Below are positions 56,526-64,000 of a stretch of DNA of 64,000 nucleotides, piece by piece. The DNA comes from an uncultured bacterium (GTDB lineage: Bacteria; Armatimonadota; Abditibacteriia; Abditibacteriales; Abditibacteriaceae), in contig CAWJLW010000006.1 in the NCBI GenBank assembly GCA_963843795.1, positions 3,360,375 to 3,424,374 of the forward strand, written 5' to 3'. Positions within the stretch are counted from its first letter, which is position 1. Each line of letters begins with the position of its first letter. A program made the translations under genes and the position numbers. The notes below the pieces were generated by a model that did not search any database, was not told the origin of the DNA, and was given only the letters and a program-made list of their open reading frames with translations.

Positions 56526-58145
56526 ATGAAATCACCCGAACGCCATTCTTTCGCCAATGCCACTGCCGACGCGCAACTTTTGGCGCGCGCTTGGGACGAA
56601 GTTTTGGGCGTGCTACAAACCGAACTCTCCGGCCCCACTTTTAACAATTATCTCCGTCATATTCGTCCGATTGCTTTGCAGGGAGACCGCTACGTTTTGG
56701 AAGTGCCTTCGGAATTCGTCAAAGATTGGCTGGTGCGCCGGTTTTCCGGTCGCATCGAAAGCACGCTCGAACAATTTCTCGGACGCAGCATCGTTCTGGC
56801 TTTCCAAACCGGCTCGCAAGCGCCCGAAAATGCCAACGAACCCCCTTCAGAAACCAACGAAGCTATTGCGCCCGGCGAAATTGGTGCTTCTTTAATTCCT
56901 GCCGAAGAAACGGAAATTGCCAGCCCGCACGAAGCTGAAATCGCACCGCGCCCTTCAACATTATCGTTATTCGAAGGCGAAGGCACACCCGAAGAAAAGC
57001 GCAGTTTGCGTGGCGAAAGTCGCGCGGGCGGCGGTGGCGAAAGCGGCCCCAGCGGGCGTGGACGTGCGCGCGCTGTGCGCGATGTCAGCGATTTGGAAGA
57101 CTTTTCCAGCTCGCCACTCAACAAAAAATACACCTTCGATAACTTTATCGTTGGACGCAGCAACTATGTGTCGCACGCTGCGTCGTGGGCCGTTGCTAAT
57201 GCACCAGCCAAAGGTCAATACAATCCACTTTTTATTTACGGTGGGGTGGGTTTGGGCAAAACGCATTTGATGCAGGCGATTGGCCATCACATCAATTTGC
57301 AGCGCCAAAGTCCTGCAGAAATTGTCTATGTTTCGGGTGAAAATTTCCTGTATCAAGTGGTGCGCTGCATCCGCGAAGATCGTATGACGGCGTTCAGAAG
57401 AATGTATCGCAACGTGGATATTTGGCTGGTTGACGACATCCAATACATCTGCAACGCCGAGCGCACAGAAGTCGAGTTTTTCCACATTTTCAACACGTTG
57501 TACGATCAGGGCAAACAAATCGTGATTTGTTCGGACAAGCCACCCAAAGATTTGCAACTCACCGAAAGCCGCTTGATTTCGCGCTTTGAATGGGGTTTGA
57601 TTACTTATATCGAGCCGCCGGATTTGGAGCATCGCATCGCGATTTTGCAAAAACGTGCGATGGCCGAGGGTGTTCATGTCGAGCCTTCGGTTTTGCAATT
57701 TTTGGCCGAAAAAATTCGCTCCAATATTCGCAGTTTGGAAGGTTCATTAACACGACTTCTGGCGATGGCGTCTTTGGATGGCCGCAAAATCAATCTGGAT
57801 TTGGCAGCCGAAACTGTGCGCTACTATTCAACGATGGAATCGGAACCGGTGAAAGTCGAAGTCGATACGATTATTCAAGTGGTGGGCGAACATTTCACGG
57901 TTCCGGTCAGCGATATTTTGGGCAAAAAGCGTAACAAGGAAATTGTGACGCCGCGCCAAATCGCGATGTATCTAGCGCGCGAAATGGCGAGCATGAGCTA
58001 TCCCGATATCGGTCGCGCTTTTGCGCGCGATTACACGACGGTGATTCATTCCTACGAAAAAATCAAAGCCGAAATCAAGCGCGATCCGACGTTGAAAAAC
58101 ACGATTTCCGACATTCGCTCCAAAACTCACGCGCGCTCATCGTAA
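56526..58145 (+). CDS. dnaA: Chromosomal replication initiator DnaA
   Basis: YTFDNFIVG, YNPLFIYGGVGLGKTHL, LVDDIQ, RLISRFEWG, NIRSLEG, RQIAMYL, RDYTTV; long domain II. Confidence 0.97.
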   Translation: MKSPERHSFANATADAQLLARAWDEVLGVLQTELSGPTFNNYLRHIRPIALQGDRYVLEVPSEFVKDWLVRRFSGRIESTLEQFLGRSIVLAFQTGSQAPENANEPPSETNEAIAPGEIGASLIPAEETEIASPHEAEIAPRPSTLSLFEGEGTPEEKRSLRGESRAGGGGESGPSGRGRARAVRDVSDLEDFSSSPLNKKYTFDNFIVGRSNYVSHAASWAVANAPAKGQYNPLFIYGGVGLGKTHLMQAIGHHINLQRQSPAEIVYVSGENFLYQVVRCIREDRMTAFRRMYRNVDIWLVDDIQYICNAERTEVEFFHIFNTLYDQGKQIVICSDKPPKDLQLTESRLISRFEWGLITYIEPPDLEHRIAILQKRAMAEGVHVEPSVLQFLAEKIRSNIRSLEGSLTRLLAMASLDGRKINLDLAAETVRYYSTMESEPVKVEVDTIIQVVGEHFTVPVSDILGKKRNKEIVTPRQIAMYLAREMASMSYPDIGRAFARDYTTVIHSYEKIKAEIKRDPTLKNTISDIRSKTHARSS

Positions 58146-58251
58146 GGCAAGTAAGGCAAAATGCTCTGCAAGTACTTGCAGAATATATATCAGCGCTCAT
58201 CGAGTTGCGATTTCGCAGCTTTTTCAATTTCGAGGAAATTTTAGAATTTTG

Positions 58252-60210
58252 ATGAAGTGTTCATTGCTCTGGCGCCAATCGTTCTATCGCAGTGCTCTGG
58301 CCGTTATAGTGATTTGTGCATTGGCGGGGTGTGGGCCGCAAAAAGCCGAAGTCGTAACTAAGGAAACGGCGCAAACTTCCACAACACCCACACCAGAAAA
58401 TAGTACGATTTCCGAAGCCGAACAAAAAACGCATCCTTTAACGGCAGAAGTTCCGATTGCCCTTGTCGATGCCACTGACGCTTCCGGTATCAAGTTTAAG
58501 CACAACAACGGCGCCTTCGGCTTGAAATTGATGCCGGAAACCAACGGCAGTGGCGTAATTGTTTTCGACTTCGATAACGATGGACGTCAGGATTTGTATT
58601 TTGTGCAGGGCCGAGATTGGACGGATGCGGAATTGAATGAATTCCGCGACAGCAATCTTCAAAGGCATGGCGCGTGGCTGGCTCAGGCGATGAAGAAGCG
58701 TCCCACACCGCGCAAAGCTTTCGGCGCGCTTTATCGCAACAATGGCGATGGCACTTTTCGCGACGTTACCCAAAAAAGCGGCTTGGAAATCGAGATGCTG
58801 GGACAGGGCGGTTGTGCGGGCGATTACGACAACGACGGGCGCGTGGATTTGTATCTCACGTCTCTCAATCGCAATTATCTATTCCGCAACGAGGGAAAAG
58901 GCAAATTTCGTGAGATTTCGGCTCAAGTCGGCTTGCAAAGCATGGGTTGGAGTACTTCAGCGGCGTGGGTCGATTACGACAAGGACGGCTGGCTCGATTT
59001 GTTCGTGTGTCGTTATGTGAAATGGAAGCCGTCGCTTGATGTTTATCAGGAAAGCGCAATTCCCGGCGGCTTCGAAAAAAGTTACAGCGGCCCCAAGGTT
59101 TATCAAGGCCAGTCCAGCCTGCTTTTCAAAAACGAGCGCGGGCGTTTTCGCGATGTCAGCGTTGCGGCGGGCATCGCGAGCCAAAAGCTCAAAAATGGCA
59201 AAATATCGCCGCTGGAGGGCAAAGCTCTGGGCGTTTCCGTATTGGATTGCAACAACGATTTATGGCCCGATTTGGCTGTCGCCAACGACCGTGAGCGCAA
59301 TTTTCTGTTTCAGAACAATGGCGATGGCACTTTCAGCGAAATTGGCGTGCGTTCCGGGTTGGCGTATAACATGAGTGGTTCGGCACGTTCCGGCATGGGC
59401 ATTGATGCGGGCGACATCAACCGGACCAATCGCGATAGCGTAGTAATTGGAAACTTCGACGAAGAAATGATCGGTTTGTATCTCAACGATGGCAGCGGTC
59501 AATTCACTGATGTGGCGAAGGCTTCGGAAGTGGCGCAAGGCAGTTTTAGTTTTCTCACTTTCGGCTGTATGCTCACCGATGTCGATAACGATGGCTGGCT
59601 CGATTTGCTGACCGCGAACGGACATCTCAACCCCGGCATCGACAAAGTGCGGCAAGATGTAACTTACGCCGAACGCCCACTGCTTTTCCGTAGCGAAGGT
59701 ATTTTACCTGAGACCGCGACGACGGTAAAAATGCCATTTTTCCGCGATGTCAGTTTGCGTTCCGGGCCAGGTTTGCAAACGCGCGTGGTCGGGCGCGGAT
59801 TGGCAAGTGCCGATTTCGATCTGGATGGCGATCTAGATTTCATCATTTCTACCAACGGCCATAAACCGCTTTTTTTACGCAACGATACACCACGCGCCAA
59901 CAAAGTCGTTCGGGTGCAGTTAATTGGCAGCAAAAGTAACCGCGATGGAGTTGGCAGCGTTGTGTGGGCCGAATGGGGCGAAGGCACGCGCAAAAAGCGT
60001 TTGCGACGCACGGTGCGAACCGGCACCTCATTCTGCTCTCAAAGTGAACTTCCGCTTACCATTGGTCTGGGCGCTCAAACTCAAGTCGATACGCTGGCTG
60101 TGCGCTGGCCTTCGGGAAAATTATCGAAGTTCCAAAATGTGACAGCAGGCCACAGCGTCACTATTGATGAATCACGCGGCATTATCAAAAATATAACCCT
60201 TACCGACTAA
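58252..60210 (+). CDS. CRTAC1 family (FG-GAP repeats + ASPIC/UnbV) lipoprotein
   Basis: LAGC lipobox, multiple DYDNDG..DL repeats, GRGLASADFDLDGD, SNRDGVG, VRWPSG. Confidence 0.9.
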   Translation: MKCSLLWRQSFYRSALAVIVICALAGCGPQKAEVVTKETAQTSTTPTPENSTISEAEQKTHPLTAEVPIALVDATDASGIKFKHNNGAFGLKLMPETNGSGVIVFDFDNDGRQDLYFVQGRDWTDAELNEFRDSNLQRHGAWLAQAMKKRPTPRKAFGALYRNNGDGTFRDVTQKSGLEIEMLGQGGCAGDYDNDGRVDLYLTSLNRNYLFRNEGKGKFREISAQVGLQSMGWSTSAAWVDYDKDGWLDLFVCRYVKWKPSLDVYQESAIPGGFEKSYSGPKVYQGQSSLLFKNERGRFRDVSVAAGIASQKLKNGKISPLEGKALGVSVLDCNNDLWPDLAVANDRERNFLFQNNGDGTFSEIGVRSGLAYNMSGSARSGMGIDAGDINRTNRDSVVIGNFDEEMIGLYLNDGSGQFTDVAKASEVAQGSFSFLTFGCMLTDVDNDGWLDLLTANGHLNPGIDKVRQDVTYAERPLLFRSEGILPETATTVKMPFFRDVSLRSGPGLQTRVVGRGLASADFDLDGDLDFIISTNGHKPLFLRNDTPRANKVVRVQLIGSKSNRDGVGSVVWAEWGEGTRKKRLRRTVRTGTSFCSQSELPLTIGLGAQTQVDTLAVRWPSGKLSKFQNVTAGHSVTIDESRGIIKNITLTD

Positions 60211-60312
60211 CAACAAGAATATCAGGTATAGGCTGTTGGAAAGCCATCTTTTATGGTTTATAATAATAGATGTATCTCAGTTTTTCCCTATAATTTCAAA
60301 GGAGTCACTTTC

Positions 60313-60534
60313 ATGCGCTCGTTATCGAAAATGAAGTGGTTGGTAGTCGGTGCAATTGCAGTGTTTGCAGCCGGTTGTGGCGGTTCCAAAGAACCGGATT
60401 TGAAACCCAAAGCCAGTAATGTCGATGCTTCCGAAGCTTATGTGAACACGAAGCCCGAAGGCGCAAAAAGCGATGCCGACTATGCGGCCTCGCGACGCAG
60501 TGGATACGCCAACCAGCGCAAAAACAGTCGCTGA
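60313..60534 (+). CDS. Small lipoprotein
   Basis: AAGGAG RBS, hydrophobic signal, FAAGC lipobox. Confidence 0.65.
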   Translation: MRSLSKMKWLVVGAIAVFAAGCGGSKEPDLKPKASNVDASEAYVNTKPEGAKSDADYAASRRSGYANQRKNSR

Positions 60535-60578
60535 ATTGCGACAGCGTTGTGGTCGTTTCCTCCTTTAATAAGTCAATC

Positions 60579-60622
60579 ACTCGAAAGCAGCAGAGAAATG
60601 AATTTCTCTGCTGCTTTCGAGT
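60579..60622. terminator. Perfect 21-bp-stem hairpin
   Basis: ACTCGAAAGCAGCAGAGAAAT-GA-ATTTCTCTGCTGCTTTCGAGT. Confidence 0.65.
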
Positions 60623-60648
60623 CCAAGCTTTTCTTAACAATGAACCCG

Positions 60649-60704
60649 GAAACGTAAAAACGGGCGGCAAGCTTGCAAGTACTTGCCGCCCGTTTTTACG
60701 TTTC
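60649..60704. terminator. 23-bp-stem hairpin enclosing overlapping motif cores
   Basis: GAAACGTAAAAACGGGCGGCAAG-CTTGCAAGTA-CTTGCCGCCCGTTTTTACGTTTC. Confidence 0.68.
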
Positions 60705-60733
60705 AATTCGGCTTTGCCAATGAAGCAAACGCT

Positions 60734-61517
60734 TTATTTGTAGTCGCTTTCCAGATTCTGCATGCCCTGAAGAATGTTGGTATCGACCGTATCCACGTTG
60801 GGAGTCTTGCCACTGCGGCAGCAGCTTCCACCCATTTCGCCCCACATGTTGAACGGTGTCGCCGTTTGAGTCGGACGCAGCGATTTCACATGACCATCGG
60901 CGAACAGGTAGTTTGATGTGCCCAAATGACCGGCGAAACCGGAACCACCGGCAGATTCTTTGCGCCAGTCGGTTGTGTTTGTCCACCAGCTCGCACCGTA
61001 ATCTTTCCAATCGCGCGTGTTTTCAGCCACGATGATTTTTTGAGCGGGCGAGTTAATTTCAGACAAGTTACGACCACCATTTTCATCGATCATGCGCGGG
61101 TTGCAAGCGTAGGAAATCGGGATGGCCGGATAAGCTGGAAAGCGCGATTGTGCCAGCCACAACGGCTTGGTCGGCAGTCCCCTTGTTGTTGGGGTTGCTC
61201 GGACACGAGAACAATTGCGTGCTTTTCACATACGGCTGCACATTCTGGCGCCAACTTGGAACTTGGCCCGAACCATTCCACCAAAAATCTTTGGGCACCC
61301 ATTGTTCGTCATAGTCTTGCGAGTATTGCAAAATACCCAGACCGATCTGCTTCAAGTTGCTGGAACAGCTTGCACGACGCGCATTTTCACGAGCGCGCGC
61401 GAAAACCGGAAACAGAATGGCTGCCAAGATTGCGATGATAGCAATGACAACCAAAAGCTCGATAAGAGTAAAGCCTTTAACTTTGCGTGTACTGTGGTGA
61501 GTCTTGTTTGGTGACAT
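60734..61517 (-). pseudogene. Prepilin-type N-terminal / DUF1559 (H-X9-DG) gene split by a frameshift
   Basis: [37 protein letters not shown] lies in one frame; SYACN...HLGTSNYLFADGHVK lies in the +1 frame. The switch falls in the overlap of the two frames, near 61110-61170. Confidence 0.78.
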
Positions 61518-61622
61518 AATTTCCTCCATTATTATTGGGAATGATTGTCTTTATACCCACTTTGCGCCACTTCATAACATTTTCGGCGTCAAACTATGAT
61601 CTTTTTTAGAGGAAACAGTTAT

Positions 61623-63446
61623 TTATTTTTTCGTCGTTGAAGCAGCGTGCCGTGCAGTGATTCCGCGACCTTCGGTGAGGGTATAGAAAACGTTCGCTGG
61701 TAAATCGCGCAATGTTTCCCGTTTTCCACTGGGCCAGCGAATCGTAATCGATGTGACGCGTTCGGCTTTTCCCAGACCGAAATAAACGCGGCGGTCACTG
61801 GATGACAGATAGCTCGAACCTGCCCGCACTGTCGCAGTTTGGCGCGCGCCGCCAGCTTCAAGAATAAATTGCGCGTGCAAGCCATCGCGATTGCTTTTGG
61901 TGCCGAGGGTTTTAAAAGAAACCCAGTGATTGTCGTTAGCCTTTTGATTGCGGAACAACTGAGTTGGCGCATCTTTATTGGAGGCCAGTGCATCCACGCG
62001 GCCATCGTTATCGTAATCGCCAACTGCCAAACCGCGGCCGATGCGAGGCCTAACTAAATCGCCCAGCAAAGCCGTATCGGTCACTTCTTCGAACCCTTTT
62101 CCCGTGTTGCGCAAAAGTTGCTTGGCCTGTTCGTAGGTCACGTCCTGTCGCCGTTGTCCGGGCAGCATTTGAACGTGTCCGTTGTTGATAATGAGGTCTT
62201 TCCAGCCATCGGCGTCGTAATCGAAGAACTCGCAGCCAAATGACAAAAATTTGAGATGCGACAAGCCCAAACCGGCGCTCGCAGTCACATCTTCGAAAAC
62301 TCCCGGCGCAACGCGGTGGAATAAAATATTGGGTCGCTCGGAGAAATTAGTGACATACAAACTTTCGCGTCCCGAACGATCATAATCGGCAATTGCGACG
62401 CCCATGCCCGCCATCGCCTGACCATTTTCGCCAAAAGCCACGCCCGCCTCAACCGCAATATCGGTAAACGTGCCATCGCCGTTGTTACGCCACAAAAAGT
62501 TGGGTGTTAAATCGTTGGCTACGAAAACGTCCATGCGGCCATCATCGTTGGCATCAACCCAAGCGACCGCCAGACCACGACCTTTTTTCGCGTTGATTCC
62601 GACGCGCTGCGTGACATCGATAAAGCCGCGCGCGGTATTGTGGTAAAGTCGGTGCGGCTCGGCATCATACAACAGCGGCGAACAATAATCGCGCTTGCCA
62701 TCGGGCGTTTTGCACTCACGGTCGGTTTGCCAGCTCCATTGCGAGTAATAGCACACATACAGATCCAAGCGGCCATCGTTATCGTAGTCGCCCCACGCCG
62801 CGCTCGTTGCATAGCCAAACGATTTTCCCAAACCCTGAGCTTTGGTTACGTCCTGCCAGCGCCCGCTGCCGCTTTCATTGCGCAGCAAATGATTGGCACC
62901 GTAAGAAGTGATGAAGAGATCGTCGTAGCCGTCGTTGTCGTAATCGGCGACCGCGACGCCCTGGCCGTAACCGAAATCGCGGTCGATGCCGGAACCTTTG
63001 GTGACATCGACAAAAGTTCCCTCGCCCTGATTGCGATACAAACGACAGAACGGTCGCGGCGCGCCGGGTTTATCGCCTGTCGGACCCGACTGCACCAGAA
63101 AAATATCCAGATCGTCGTCATTATCGAAGTCGATAAAAGCACAGCCGGGCGGCGTGCTTTCCACGTAGAAGAAATCGCCCGTGCCGCCGCTGTCGTGCTT
63201 GAAATCGATGCCCGCGCGCCCTGCGACATCAACAAACAGCGCTTTGCTTTCATCTATCTCTATACTTTCTTGATTTTTCGTGCCCGAAGTACTTGCAGGA
63301 GCCGGAACAGAGTTGGAAACCGAATTTTCGGCACTTTGTGTATCGTGCCGACAACCGGTTAACGAGCCGCTCATCAGAACAATCAATAACACTAATCCGA
63401 CAAAATTCGTTGTGCGCAGCCGATGAGGAGAAAAAACACAAATCAT
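61623..63446 (-). CDS. CRTAC1 family (FG-GAP + ASPIC/UnbV) lipoprotein, second copy
   Basis: LTGC lipobox, DYDNDG repeats, GRGLAVGDYDNDG, GSSYLS, IRWPSG. Confidence 0.9.
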   Translation of the reverse strand: MICVFSPHRLRTTNFVGLVLLIVLMSGSLTGCRHDTQSAENSVSNSVPAPASTSGTKNQESIEIDESKALFVDVAGRAGIDFKHDSGGTGDFFYVESTPPGCAFIDFDNDDDLDIFLVQSGPTGDKPGAPRPFCRLYRNQGEGTFVDVTKGSGIDRDFGYGQGVAVADYDNDGYDDLFITSYGANHLLRNESGSGRWQDVTKAQGLGKSFGYATSAAWGDYDNDGRLDLYVCYYSQWSWQTDRECKTPDGKRDYCSPLLYDAEPHRLYHNTARGFIDVTQRVGINAKKGRGLAVAWVDANDDGRMDVFVANDLTPNFLWRNNGDGTFTDIAVEAGVAFGENGQAMAGMGVAIADYDRSGRESLYVTNFSERPNILFHRVAPGVFEDVTASAGLGLSHLKFLSFGCEFFDYDADGWKDLIINNGHVQMLPGQRRQDVTYEQAKQLLRNTGKGFEEVTDTALLGDLVRPRIGRGLAVGDYDNDGRVDALASNKDAPTQLFRNQKANDNHWVSFKTLGTKSNRDGLHAQFILEAGGARQTATVRAGSSYLSSSDRRVYFGLGKAERVTSITIRWPSGKRETLRDLPANVFYTLTEGRGITARHAASTTKK

Positions 63447-63491
63447 GAAAGTTCAAACGCCAACCGAGCCGCAGCCGATTTGGTGTTAAAT

Positions 63492-64000
63492 TTAGTTGGC
63501 GAAATCCGCTGTCGCGTTTCTGGGATCGAAACTATTGGCCTGGTTGCCAGAGCCCGCCGCAGCCAATTGTTGAGTGGCGCTTTGAGTACGCTCATCGCGC
63601 GGTTTCAGCATCGCAGCTTTGGTGATGTGCCAGTTTGCCTGCTGCTGATTATTTTTCTGTAGCGCACGTAAACCTTGCTGCAAATGCTGTTCATACATCT
63701 TCTCCAGACGCGCTTCGGCAGCTTTGACACGGGGATCGTTGGGCTTCAATTTTTTGGCAATTTCCAAATTCTTCTCTGCGCCCAGCGGTTGCTCCGAATC
63801 CATCAGCGCCAAAGCCAATTGCAACACGGTTTCAAAGTCTTGCGGATTATTGGCGTAACGTTGACGCAGCGAAGCCACGCGCGTGTTTTGCTTTTGCACT
63901 TCTTCAAAACGGCGCAACCATTTCTGTGCTTCGGCGGGCTGCCCGAGTTGCCGATGCGCGTTGCCCATTTCAAACAGATAAACCGGATTTGCCGTGGGCG
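63492..64000 (-). CDS. TPR-repeat protein, C-terminal part (5'-truncated)
   Basis: Frame is open to the window edge; FEMGNAHRQLGQPAEAQKWL and AKKLKPNDP are TPR-like helices. Confidence 0.72.
   Translation of the reverse strand, partial: PTANPVYLFEMGNAHRQLGQPAEAQKWLRRFEEVQKQNTRVASLRQRYANNPQDFETVLQLALALMDSEQPLGAEKNLEIAKKLKPNDPRVKAAEARLEKMYEQHLQQGLRALQKNNQQQANWHITKAAMLKPRDERTQSATQQLAAAGSGNQANSFDPRNATADFAN

Overview
Bacterial chromosomal window of roughly 55% GC (by eye), densely coding, with about 47 CDS and one tRNA-Pro(CGG). Housekeeping genes are dprA-topA, mqnA, an ACT-domain malic enzyme, mgsA, exbB-exbD-tonB, ppk1, gdhA, prfB and an isolated dnaA with two DnaA boxes. Accessory content comprises secreted glycoside hydrolase-like proteins, two tandem CSLREA-type surface proteins, an ~18 kb cluster (Tat Gfo/Idh/MocA, DUF1080/ThuA, two ApbE) and a TPR/CRTAC1/DUF1559 locus. 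The gene content suggests an Armatimonadota/Abditibacteriota-like organism (inference only). The dominant unexplained signal is the palindrome GCAAGTACTTGC, usually TGCAAGTACTTGCA. I counted about 44 exact 12-mer copies by hand plus about 17 near-copies, roughly one exact copy per 1.5 kb. It occurs in most intergenic spacers, often as the centre of locus-specific perfect palindromes up to 48 bp, and inside genes in all three reading frames (LQVLA, ASTC, KYL). It resembles HIP1, DNA uptake sequences and REPs in behaviour but matches no motif I recognise. Two apparent +1 frameshifts were found (namZ-like gene, inside a motif copy; DUF1559 gene). Counts and start codons were assigned manually.
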